From a virus: a DNA stretch of 64,000 nt. The notes below the pieces were generated by a model. It was not told the origin of the DNA, searched no databases, and saw nothing but the letters and a program-made list of their open reading frames with translations. The position numbers and the translations under genes are program-made. This document shows, piece after piece, positions 38,323-47,435 of the stretch. Within the stretch, counting starts at the first letter, position 1; every line of letters starts with the position of its first letter. The stretch spans positions 13,460-77,459 of the IMG/VR virus record IMGVR_UViG_3300033508_000366. One strand, given 5' to 3'.

Positions 38323-38351
38323 AAAAATGCCAACAAATTGTTGGCATTTTT
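38323..38351 (-). terminator. intrinsic terminator hairpin
   Basis: AAAAATGCCAACA-AAT-TGTTGGCATTTTT perfect 13-bp stem. Confidence 0.8.
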
Positions 38352-38373
38352 AAATAATTGGTTGATAATCAGA

Positions 38374-38781
38374 CTATTCTTCGTCAGTTTCTTTTTTAGT
38401 TGTTTTACGTTTACCTGTACTATATTTTTCAACAGCTTCTTCCTCTGTCTTCATTTCAACAACTTCTTCCTCTGTCTTCATTTCAACAACTTTTTTAGGT
38501 ATCTTAGATTTAGTATCAGAACTTTTTTTTGGTTTTAGTGTTTCTTGCATTGTTGCTAATTCAGTTTCACTAATAACTGCGACAGTGATTAGATTTTTCA
38601 CTCTTAATCGATGTACTGATAATGGAAGTGAAGGAATTGTCAAATAAATGCTCTCGTTAGGTTTAATTGTTATTAATTTCTTGGTCATATTATCAATATA
38701 TTCAATATCTAATATCGAATTAGCTTTCACATCACGTTTACCTAGAAAATTGGTTATGTTTGTAATTTTAAATGTGTTCAT
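38374..38781 (-). CDS. hypothetical protein with charged C-terminal tail
   Basis: 135 aa ORF containing a 9-aa tandem duplication. Confidence 0.65.
   Translation of the reverse strand: MNTFKITNITNFLGKRDVKANSILDIEYIDNMTKKLITIKPNESIYLTIPSLPLSVHRLRVKNLITVAVISETELATMQETLKPKKSSDTKSKIPKKVVEMKTEEEVVEMKTEEEAVEKYSTGKRKTTKKETDEE
38437..38490. repeat. 27-bp perfect tandem duplication
   Basis: TTCTTCCTCTGTCTTCATTTCAACAAC x2, encoding VVEMKTEEE twice. Confidence 0.95.
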
Positions 38782-38790
38782 AATTTCATT

Positions 38791-39606
38791 TTATTTTAAT
38801 CCTTGAATTAATGTATCGCCATATTTAATACCATCGAATCCCATTTTTTGCGCCTTTTCAGCAATGGCTTTATTTTTTAAATTGATGGACGGCATATTAT
38901 ATTGTTTACTTATTTCTTCAAAATTCACATGAGGAAACCAAATTTTTGCAAGTATTTCAACTGGTTGTTGACCATCTTTATACATTACACCTAATGCATG
39001 TGTATCTAATAAATTATCAAATTCAATTTGATATTTACTATAACCATTAATCGGATTTAACGTAAAAAAATTACCAACAACAGAATTTTCTCTAATCGGG
39101 TCTTTTCTATAACCAATAATCGTTTGTTGATTCGCACTCGATTTTTCTTGCTGAACAACAGTATTATCTTCTTCCAATGATTTTAAAAACTGGTTTTCAT
39201 CTTCACCATAAAAATTAATTGCATCTTGGGTTTCCACTTCTTCAAGTCCTTGTGATTGTTCGTATTCGTAAATGTCTTGAATTTTATTTAAAACCCTACA
39301 CGCATCTTTTTCGTTTAAACCAAGCTTTATTGCTTTGATTTTCTTATTATCCAATAACCCACGAACCATTCTGTGATGACCATCAAGTATTTTATTATTT
39401 TCTGACATCCAAATCGGATTCATGTCATCAATATTAACCTTTCCAACTTCATCACTAAATGTAATTCCTTGTAGCGGTTCTAATTCATTAGGGTCTACTT
39501 CAACAACTTCATAACCCACACCTTCCTCATCAAGTTTTTCAAGCACAACATCATATGGTGCATTCATCTGTGGAAGAAAACGTGGTTTATATCTCATATC
39601 AATCAT
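38791..39606 (-). CDS. ParB/Srx-like domain fused to an ART-PolyVal-like domain
   Basis: ILDGHHR in the N-terminal half; IIGYR...NFFT...FDNLLD...KMGFDGIKY in the C-terminal half. Confidence 0.6.
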   Translation of the reverse strand: MIDMRYKPRFLPQMNAPYDVVLEKLDEEGVGYEVVEVDPNELEPLQGITFSDEVGKVNIDDMNPIWMSENNKILDGHHRMVRGLLDNKKIKAIKLGLNEKDACRVLNKIQDIYEYEQSQGLEEVETQDAINFYGEDENQFLKSLEEDNTVVQQEKSSANQQTIIGYRKDPIRENSVVGNFFTLNPINGYSKYQIEFDNLLDTHALGVMYKDGQQPVEILAKIWFPHVNFEEISKQYNMPSINLKNKAIAEKAQKMGFDGIKYGDTLIQGLK

Positions 39607-39621
39607 ATGAATATTTTTATT

Positions 39622-39629
39622 ATAAATAC
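39622..39629 (-). promoter_or_regulatory. putative late-promoter motif GTATTTAT
   Basis: 15 nt upstream of the start at 39606. Confidence 0.6.
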
Positions 39630-39636
39630 TATAATA

Positions 39637-40584
39637 TTATTTTTTCATTTCTTTATCAATAAAATCCCAATTATCTAATGGAATCCAACCATATTTTGTT
39701 TTAATTTCAATTTCCTCTACTGGAATTTCTCTGATAGTAATCCATTCAAACCCCTCATTCTTTTCATATTTAGGCGTTAATTTAAAATCATCCGTCTTTT
39801 TTGTTCTTAGTACAACACCCCTTCCAGAACCACCTTTCATTTCAGCGTAATACAATGCTACTTTTGGTTTACTTGTAAATGAAATATAGTGTTCATTATT
39901 CCCAGCAGCATTTAATTTCATTCTGCCGTCACGTTGAATACTATAAGCAGCACCGTCATAAGTACCATGATAAACATATTCACCATCTGTAACAAAATTT
40001 CTAATTTCTTCATTAATCATTCTTAACAAAATATTGCTGGTTTCCATCAGGCTGATTCTATCATTATTAACATAATAGATGTCGTATTGCACATCGGGTG
40101 ATAATTTATCTTTTATCTTCGTGTATTCAGCTATTTTATTCTGCATCCCACCTGCAAAGTCATCATAAACAACAATCTCTTTTAAATCCTGATTATATTT
40201 TTCTATTTTCAGAATTATATCACCCTTATCTTCGTTACCTCGTTTTAATATGACTTCATCAACAATAACATTATTTAAACTAAGAACTTTCTCAAGTTCA
40301 TGACGTAGTTTTTCCATTCTCGAAGTCAAAATTATGACTTTAGTATCTGGTGTTGCCTTTTCTTTTTCCAATTGAGCAAGTACATTGGGAAATGGTTTTA
40401 TATCAAACACGGTTGTGTCGAGACTTTCAGGTCTGCCCCACCAGCCATTATGTGGGTATGGTTGTCCCATCTTTTCTTCCCATTGCCTTTTACCTTCTTC
40501 TGGTTCAGGGGTATTCATGATAGTACCATCAAAATCCATGATACATAGCCTTTTAATTGTATTTCCAATAGATTCCTTAGTCAT
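39637..40584 (-). CDS. HAD phosphatase (Swiss-army-knife RNA-repair type) fused to an ADP-ribosyltransferase-fold domain
   Basis: HAD motifs MDFDGT, WW, LTSR, K and YDD; then YHGT...ISFT...ALYYA...VVLR...EW...IPVEEI. Confidence 0.75.
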   Translation of the reverse strand: MTKESIGNTIKRLCIMDFDGTIMNTPEPEEGKRQWEEKMGQPYPHNGWWGRPESLDTTVFDIKPFPNVLAQLEKEKATPDTKVIILTSRMEKLRHELEKVLSLNNVIVDEVILKRGNEDKGDIILKIEKYNQDLKEIVVYDDFAGGMQNKIAEYTKIKDKLSPDVQYDIYYVNNDRISLMETSNILLRMINEEIRNFVTDGEYVYHGTYDGAAYSIQRDGRMKLNAAGNNEHYISFTSKPKVALYYAEMKGGSGRGVVLRTKKTDDFKLTPKYEKNEGFEWITIREIPVEEIEIKTKYGWIPLDNWDFIDKEMKK

Positions 40585-40595
40585 ATGCAGCCAAT

Positions 40596-41198
40596 TTAAA
40601 TTATTTTATTATATGTCATATCATTTCTTGTTGCAACCTCTAAACAAATTTTTCTAAATACAATTTCTGGTATTATAAATAAATTCATTAGTTTTGCTCC
40701 ATATTTTTGTTTTTTACGGAATTTGTATAGTATATGAATACCCATTTTTTTATTATCCCATTCATTCATTTTTCGAACCAACTCATTTTCTTTTAACAAA
40801 GGGTCTGTTATGGAAATTAACCTATTTTTCTCAAGCTCATTATACCAATCAAATATTTTTTTAATTCTATCTGTATGTGCTAAATATAAATTAGTTTGGT
40901 TATCATGAATCCAATATTCGGCTTTTGTTACCAATAATCCTGATGGTTTGATTATATAATCATTAACATTACTTTGTCCAAACTCAATACATATATTAGG
41001 ATGTTTAGCACCCTGTAAATCATTTTTACATTCAATACCTTTATCAATAACATTACTAAATAAATCATAATCGCCATTATTTGGATGATACTTATAGAAT
41101 TCAAGACCCCTTTTCAAATTAATGTCGTGAATTAAAAAATTTTCCAATTCATTTCCTGCAAGAACGTCTTCATCAAAATCATGAATTTTATCTGCCAT
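40596..41198 (-). CDS. putative PD-(D/E)xK nuclease-fold protein
   Basis: YDLF...IECKND...NICIEF...KPSGLLVTKAEYWIH pattern of a phage endonuclease-like family. Confidence 0.55.
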   Translation of the reverse strand: MADKIHDFDEDVLAGNELENFLIHDINLKRGLEFYKYHPNNGDYDLFSNVIDKGIECKNDLQGAKHPNICIEFGQSNVNDYIIKPSGLLVTKAEYWIHDNQTNLYLAHTDRIKKIFDWYNELEKNRLISITDPLLKENELVRKMNEWDNKKMGIHILYKFRKKQKYGAKLMNLFIIPEIVFRKICLEVATRNDMTYNKII

Positions 41199-43057
41199 TA
41201 TCTTGGTATTTCAGTTATTATTCCAGTTACTTTAATTTGAAACCTAGTTGATTTCCAATTAGTTAATTTATTCGATATGAACGGCTTTCCACCACCATCT
41301 ACATTTACTGCCAATGTTATATGTGGTTTAGCATTATTCGTTGGATATCCTTCGACACCAACTGCAATCACTAAATCATCGAAAGCATAATCAACAACGG
41401 TTAATTCGACTTCATTTCCCAAATCATTGGCGTATTTCGGGTCAATATTTCCCATATTCAGGGTCATGTGGTGTGCATATGGTTTCCAACCTTCTGGAAT
41501 CATTCCACTGAAAACCTTTAACAGTTTTGCGTGTGATTCATCAGTAAGTACGACTGCACTATATGCGATATTCTTCACAACACCTTCATTTAATACTTCT
41601 CTATCTGTTAAACTCCAGTATAACTCTCTTTTGAGTTTATCGTCATTAACGAGTTCTGGAAATACATCTTCAATAAATCTCAATATAGATTCATTATTTG
41701 CGTCTTTAAATCTATCGTATTCGTAATTCCATTCATCGTATTTTTCAATAAAGAAATTAATATCAACTTGTTGACCATTTATCTCCCAACTACTTGTTGG
41801 ATTACCATAGCTTGCATATTCTCTAACAATTGGCGCATTTCCTTTTGACAAATTTAATAATTCTTCTCGATTATTTCCAACTTTATCTGAATAAACATTA
41901 ATTAGTAATGATTTTTTCATATTCTTTATCGCTTCACCATGTAAACCAAGTTCCATTAAATCATTACCATTAACAGCTAATTCATCAACAGTTTTTGGAT
42001 ATTTACCCTGTAACAGTTCTTGTGCTGCATTACTAATTGCCTCTGGTAATATCTGACTTTCGATTGTTTGCGGAGCAGTTTTAAACATATTTGATACAAC
42101 TGACCTTGCAATAACTGGTGTCATTTCATGCTTAACCAAATCTGAATTAAATGCTTGACCTAACGCCAGCATTTCTTTATATATTTTTGTTTTCCTTGCT
42201 TTTTCGCTACCAAATCTATGTAAGAAAAACTCAGATGGGTTTTGAACCACACCGTCCATCATTAAAAATAAAAATTCTGACATGGTTTTAACGCCTTCGA
42301 AATTCCTGCGCCCGATTTGCGATGGCGTGATTTGATTTCCGAATATCTGCTTAAACAATCCAGTGGAAATCAATAATTCAACTCCGATTCGTGGACTACC
42401 CTTTGTAACTATCTTATCGAGTTCGGTTAAAATTCTTTCTGCTGGTATTTCTTTAATTCTTTCTACATTTTCCCTAATCATTTCCATTGTTTCAGGCTCA
42501 ATAGAAAAACCAAAACGTGAAGCAAATGCTACGATTCTTAACATACGTAAGGGGTCATCACTAAATGCATCTGGATTTGCTGCACTTATTTGTTTTTTTT
42601 CAATATCTTCAAGTCCACCCAATGGGTCAACAAATTTACCTGAATTAATATTAATTGCCATTGCGTTCATCTTAGCGTCTCTTCGAATGAGGTCATCCTC
42701 AATTGGAAGATTTTCATCACTTTGCACATCAAACCCACGATAACCACCTTCACCATTTGGTTTCTCCTTACGTGGTAACGCAATATCGTAATCAACACCA
42801 TCAACATCAATAAATTTTAACACACCAAACGATTTACCTACAACATCAACTTTACCAAATTTTTGTAAGTGTGTAATCAAAGTATCAATTGGCACATTTC
42901 TAACAATCAAATCAATGTCCTTGTTTGGCTTATTGAGGATGAGGTCACGAACAACTCCACCAACAGCCAGAACCTCAGCGTTCATATCATTTATCAATGA
43001 TTGAATAAATGGTTTTTGTTTTAAATTTAATGTGAAGTTCTGTATTTTACCGCTCAT
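41198..43057 (-). CDS. cca: class II tRNA nucleotidyltransferase (CCA-adding-like) fused to a C-terminal 2H phosphoesterase
   Basis: GGVVRD/DID, RRDAKMN, DDPLRMLR and ERILTE motifs; no HD domain. The C-terminal HHMTL and PHITL form a 2H motif pair. Confidence 0.88.
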   Translation of the reverse strand: MSGKIQNFTLNLKQKPFIQSLINDMNAEVLAVGGVVRDLILNKPNKDIDLIVRNVPIDTLITHLQKFGKVDVVGKSFGVLKFIDVDGVDYDIALPRKEKPNGEGGYRGFDVQSDENLPIEDDLIRRDAKMNAMAININSGKFVDPLGGLEDIEKKQISAANPDAFSDDPLRMLRIVAFASRFGFSIEPETMEMIRENVERIKEIPAERILTELDKIVTKGSPRIGVELLISTGLFKQIFGNQITPSQIGRRNFEGVKTMSEFLFLMMDGVVQNPSEFFLHRFGSEKARKTKIYKEMLALGQAFNSDLVKHEMTPVIARSVVSNMFKTAPQTIESQILPEAISNAAQELLQGKYPKTVDELAVNGNDLMELGLHGEAIKNMKKSLLINVYSDKVGNNREELLNLSKGNAPIVREYASYGNPTSSWEINGQQVDINFFIEKYDEWNYEYDRFKDANNESILRFIEDVFPELVNDDKLKRELYWSLTDREVLNEGVVKNIAYSAVVLTDESHAKLLKVFSGMIPEGWKPYAHHMTLNMGNIDPKYANDLGNEVELTVVDYAFDDLVIAVGVEGYPTNNAKPHITLAVNVDGGGKPFISNKLTNWKSTRFQIKVTGIITEIPR

Positions 43058-43119
43058 AATAATTCTTTTATTAATATTTTCTCACAATATTCGAGATTCG
43101 TTTTTAAATCATTTTCCCA

Positions 43120-43127
43120 CAAATATA
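43120..43127 (-). promoter_or_regulatory. TAnnTTTG element (TATATTTG)
   Basis: Intergenic, about 60 nt upstream of the cca start. Confidence 0.4.
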
Positions 43128-43252
43128 ATAATTTAAATCCATTCGTTTATAAATATTTTAATTTTCTTCTATCTCGATTAATATTTTTTCTTGTATTCTA
43201 TCAAGTATAGAAACTCACTAAATATTCTGAAATTGTCATAATTTATATTTAT

Positions 43253-46200
43253 CTACATCAATTTTTTCGCTTCATCAAGGTTTTCATTAATCGACCCATC
43301 TTTTCTTTTAATCGTGATTTCATCCTGATTTTGATGTAAAATCTCATATTCAATTGGTAAATGTTTTTGGATAAACCTCGAATATAATAAAAATCTTTGA
43401 TTAACTTCTCTATCATCATTTTTACTTGTGGGTTCAATTGATAACATTTGTGGTTTAGTATTAATCAAAAATCCACGGGTTAATTTAATCATAGTAGCCA
43501 TTATTCTATATAATCTACCTTTATTAACCACTTCCACATAATTATCAACTCTTTTGTCATCATCAATTCCAAAAACTACTTTCCATCTATCTTCACCATC
43601 ATCAAACAAATCGAACTCAACACTATAAACATCATTATCTTCAGTAGTGAATGAATAAATCTTTTGCCTATCGGTGCTTTTAATAATTGAAAGCTGATAT
43701 GGTTGAACATTGCCTTCACCAGTTTCATTAATATTATTTTCCTCAAACATTAAATCAACCAATTTGCTCTTTCCATCTTCATCATCTGGAATAATAATAT
43801 CCATATTCCCTTCCTTATAGTCAATATAGATGTCAACATTCCCAGATTTAACAAGACTATAAAACACTTCTTTAATAACATTTTTTATTCGTTTTTTATT
43901 CAATCCTTCCATTGAAAGTTCATGTTCATTCTTACCATAGTGTACTCGTACCCAACCATCATCAATTGCTTCATAATAGGGGTCATCAGCCTGTGTATAA
44001 ATTGTTTTAATATATCCAAAATGTCCCTCACCAATAACCTCAATTATTTTATTATCTGGAGTAATCCATGCACTAAAATCTCTATTAGGTACTACATTTT
44101 CATCAAGTGGTTTAATATCAAGATTATTTATATCACCTTGATTACAAGCTGCACTGGTGTTTCCCTGTCCACCGAGTTTACACTTTTTTTTTACACTTAC
44201 TGATTGAGAACCAGCACCGAATGATTTAATTCTATCTTCACGAACATACTGTATTAATTCTTCTCTATATAACACATAATCATTCTCACCTATTTTATAT
44301 TGAACATTTTTCAATAGATTTATTGCGCCATTTACTGTTAAGTATTTTATGATTTGTAAATTAACAATACCGTTCCAAACCACTTCAGTAGAATAACCGA
44401 CTTTTGGTTTATCACTGGTTTTAAATACAATTGCAACATAATCATTAAAATCTCTCGACCTTTTCCCACCGATATTATGTATCTGTACTGAGGGATAAAA
44501 TTCGCCATAAGTTAATGATACTGCAAATACCGCATCTACAAACGTATCACTAAAACTTGGGTCTAATTTTTTCGACTTTGCTATTTGTACTGCTTCTTTT
44601 TTAGGTGCGAAATGAATAAAAACATCGTCTTCTACTGACATAAAATATGCATTACGGTCATTTTTACCAGTAATTGGTTTTAATTTACCTTCAGTTAACT
44701 CATATTCATCCTTTGTTGCATCACTAACATGATTATATTCAAGGTCTTCATTATACATTGCACTATTGGCGTTCAAATCGTTTTCAATTGACTGAGAAGT
44801 ATCGTTAGTTTCATATGTAGGAAAATCGTCTTGTCCAACTGAGTTAGTTGTACTAAACTTAGCACTACCATCTTCATCTACTTCAATTTTTTTCAAATTC
44901 TGTGGTTGTAAGAATCCATTTCCGAAACCAACATCAAAAAAACCAAGAGCACCACTCTTTTTATACCCCAAATTAGTATAATTTAAATAATCCATACTCT
45001 CAATACCATATTGCTTACATTCTTCAGCAATTTTTAATACACCATAAAAATATTTAGCATCTTCGGGATTTCTCGACATATACTTTTCAACTTTAGTTTT
45101 ATCGACATCACCACCAAATTCACCATTATCTAAATAATAATCAACAACATCGGCAAATCTAACGCCCATTATTTTTTCAAATACAAAATCCATTCTTTCT
45201 TTAAGCCTCTTGAAATTTGCTTCATCTGTCCTAAGTTTTTCTAAAACAATTGCCCAAGTTTTAGGTATACTATCATCAGATTTCGGTTTTATTTCATAAA
45301 CGTTATATGGTTGTGCAATATATTTTAATGGTTTTCCAATAAGCATTAGATTTTCAGCAGCCTCACTATTATCCTTGGTGATTTTTAATACCCTATCATT
45401 ACCAATATCGTAAGCCATACCAAAATTACCACCCTTCATGGGCACGAGATTAAGATTTAATTTAGTGGCAACCTGATTAGCAATTCTATCGGCAATATTT
45501 CTGTCATAGTCTTCACTCAAATCATCTTGACCTTCTGGTAAATAAATTATATCGTTTTTATCGATTTGTGGTTCTTCTGCAATATAACCACCAACATCAA
45601 AATATGTTAATATACCATTTTTATATCCAAGATTACCAATTGTAATATAATCTGTTGACCCAATACTGTAGTCAATTAAATCTTTTCTAATGTTTAATAA
45701 ACCAATCAAATAATTATATAACTCTTTTCTTTCTTGTTCATTAATATTAGCCTCTGGATTTGCAGTTAACACTTGTTTTGCAATCTCAGCCATTTCGTCA
45801 TAATTAAATCTTTGGGGGATTTTTATTCTTTTAAAAAAATCACTAAGGGTCATATCGTTTGGTTTGATGGTGTCCATTACTTGTTCAAACCTTCTAAATT
45901 TTTCCATTGGTTTGTCGTGAATATGTTCTTCAATTAAAACATAAAACGCCATATTTTTCTCAGTGTCAACAACCTTATATATCGCATAAACTTCAGCTAA
46001 AGTTTTTGGGTGATTTCTCATTATTTTAAAACCAGAATCTGCTTCACTAATATCACTGGTTATTTTTAAAACCTTACCATCACCAATATCATATGCATAA
46101 CCAAATCCAGCACCACCCATTAGTTTTGGTTGCCCCAATTGTAATTTTTGTGCAATTGCATTTACCATATTTTGAGAATATTCTTGCGATAAATTCCCCC

Positions 46201-46651
46201 AACTAAGTAATACTGATGGTGTACCTTCTGGTTGTGGAATTTCTGGTCGTTTTTTTTGACGTGGAACTTCATTGGTTTCATGTAGAGCCAAAGGTTCGCC
46301 ACTATATGAATTTTGTTTAATAAGATATTCCTGAAGTTTTAATAGATTTTCATAAAAACGTCTGGGTTCTTTTGCAAGCTTAAACGCTTCTTTTAAATTA
46401 CCAATACAGTTGTTAAAATATTCCATTAAATATGGCATCGTAGTTAATGCCTTATTTGGGTAATAATCTCGATTTGAAACAAAATGAACGAATTCTTCAT
46501 TTATAGCACCTTGTCCATCACTAACACTATATGGTATTTGTGCCCACATTCCTTGTCTAACTTCTTCACCACTACCAATATCTGAAAGCATGTCATCATT
46601 GCCATCAGCAAAGTTAAAAAGTTCGTATAATTGATATTTTTCTTTTGCCAT
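43253..46651 (-). CDS. polyvalent protein: two tandem protein-kinase-like domains, an ART-like domain and further unknown domains
   Basis: Domain 1: GGAGFGYAY/VLK/SEA/DYITIGN/YFDVG. Domain 2: GGNFGMAY/VLK/SEA/DYLNYTN/FFDVG. FIHF...VFAVS...IVFKT...EVVW is ART-like. Confidence 0.8.
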   Translation of the reverse strand: MAKEKYQLYELFNFADGNDDMLSDIGSGEEVRQGMWAQIPYSVSDGQGAINEEFVHFVSNRDYYPNKALTTMPYLMEYFNNCIGNLKEAFKLAKEPRRFYENLLKLQEYLIKQNSYSGEPLALHETNEVPRQKKRPEIPQPEGTPSVLLSWGNLSQEYSQNMVNAIAQKLQLGQPKLMGGAGFGYAYDIGDGKVLKITSDISEADSGFKIMRNHPKTLAEVYAIYKVVDTEKNMAFYVLIEEHIHDKPMEKFRRFEQVMDTIKPNDMTLSDFFKRIKIPQRFNYDEMAEIAKQVLTANPEANINEQERKELYNYLIGLLNIRKDLIDYSIGSTDYITIGNLGYKNGILTYFDVGGYIAEEPQIDKNDIIYLPEGQDDLSEDYDRNIADRIANQVATKLNLNLVPMKGGNFGMAYDIGNDRVLKITKDNSEAAENLMLIGKPLKYIAQPYNVYEIKPKSDDSIPKTWAIVLEKLRTDEANFKRLKERMDFVFEKIMGVRFADVVDYYLDNGEFGGDVDKTKVEKYMSRNPEDAKYFYGVLKIAEECKQYGIESMDYLNYTNLGYKKSGALGFFDVGFGNGFLQPQNLKKIEVDEDGSAKFSTTNSVGQDDFPTYETNDTSQSIENDLNANSAMYNEDLEYNHVSDATKDEYELTEGKLKPITGKNDRNAYFMSVEDDVFIHFAPKKEAVQIAKSKKLDPSFSDTFVDAVFAVSLTYGEFYPSVQIHNIGGKRSRDFNDYVAIVFKTSDKPKVGYSTEVVWNGIVNLQIIKYLTVNGAINLLKNVQYKIGENDYVLYREELIQYVREDRIKSFGAGSQSVSVKKKCKLGGQGNTSAACNQGDINNLDIKPLDENVVPNRDFSAWITPDNKIIEVIGEGHFGYIKTIYTQADDPYYEAIDDGWVRVHYGKNEHELSMEGLNKKRIKNVIKEVFYSLVKSGNVDIYIDYKEGNMDIIIPDDEDGKSKLVDLMFEENNINETGEGNVQPYQLSIIKSTDRQKIYSFTTEDNDVYSVEFDLFDDGEDRWKVVFGIDDDKRVDNYVEVVNKGRLYRIMATMIKLTRGFLINTKPQMLSIEPTSKNDDREVNQRFLLYSRFIQKHLPIEYEILHQNQDEITIKRKDGSINENLDEAKKLM

Positions 46652-46674
46652 TTTTCTGGAAATATAATATATTC

Positions 46675-46682
46675 ATAAATAC
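46675..46682 (-). promoter_or_regulatory. putative late-promoter motif GTATTTAT
   Basis: 23 nt upstream of the kinase polyprotein start. Confidence 0.6.
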
Positions 46683-46709
46683 AGGATTGACGATAAAAGT
46701 GGATAAGAA

Positions 46710-46735
46710 AAAAGCGTAATTGTTATTGCGCTTTT
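46710..46735 (-). terminator. possible terminator hairpin
   Basis: AAAAGCGTAAT / ATTGCGCTTTT with one mismatch, overlapping the stop of 46723..47400. Confidence 0.4.
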
Positions 46736-47400
46736 GCTTTACTTTTTGCTTGGATATCTTTTATGGTTTCTATAACCACAGTTCGTATCAAGTCTTTATT
46801 TTCATGTAATACTTCTTTAATTCGTTCAACAGCATACATTTCAATTATCGTACCTTTGATTGCTTCTTCGAAGATAGGACCGAGACTTTCGGTTAGATAT
46901 CCATTCACAATTTTCTTAACATTCTCTGCCAAATATTGTTCGTTTAGCTGCATTGGTGCGCCTGTTGCTCCCATAGGTACTTGTTGAGACATTGGTGCTC
47001 CAACATTAGGTGCATTGATATACCCACTCATCGATTCAGCAAGTGTTTGTTTTCTCTTTCTTTCAAGGTCTGCAAATAACTGCTCATCCCTTTCTAGTGA
47101 CATATCAATTGATTCACGTTTAGGTGCTTGATGTTGAACTGGAGCAACCACTTCATTGACAGGAAGTCGTGTAAGTTCACCATGTTTTGCAGCCACCTTA
47201 TTACCAACAGTTTTAACCAGCGAACTTGCTGCAGTTTCTCTACCAGAATGTAATGATTCTATTAATCCATTCAAAAATACATCACGTGGCGCAACTCCTG
47301 CTCCAACATGTTCACCCAAGCCAGATGAAACCATATTTTTTTCTTTCTTACGTGTATCAATTTCATCCCTGAGTTTATTTAAATTAACGTTCTTTGCCAT
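46723..47400 (-). CDS. hypothetical protein, candidate head/internal protein
   Basis: 225 aa with VNE, LAE, LNE and LTE motifs and an upstream late motif. Confidence 0.65.
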   Translation of the reverse strand: MAKNVNLNKLRDEIDTRKKEKNMVSSGLGEHVGAGVAPRDVFLNGLIESLHSGRETAASSLVKTVGNKVAAKHGELTRLPVNEVVAPVQHQAPKRESIDMSLERDEQLFADLERKRKQTLAESMSGYINAPNVGAPMSQQVPMGATGAPMQLNEQYLAENVKKIVNGYLTESLGPIFEEAIKGTIIEMYAVERIKEVLHENKDLIRTVVIETIKDIQAKSKAKAQ

Positions 47401-47423
47401 TTTATAAAATTTTATTATTTTTT

Positions 47424-47431
47424 ATAAATAC
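47424..47431 (-). promoter_or_regulatory. putative late-promoter motif GTATTTAT
   Basis: 23 nt upstream of the start at 47400. Confidence 0.6.
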
Positions 47432-47435
47432 AGAA

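Noticed and set aside
42363-42743. + strand ORFs such as 42363..42743, 57377..57781, 23452..23805 and 3599..3991
   Set aside because: They are antisense shadows of well-supported minus-strand genes, with no recognisable motifs.
43148-43156. TATAAATAT as a late motif for cca
   Set aside because: It lacks the conserved C/G position and lies about 90 nt from the start in very AT-rich DNA, so it could be chance.
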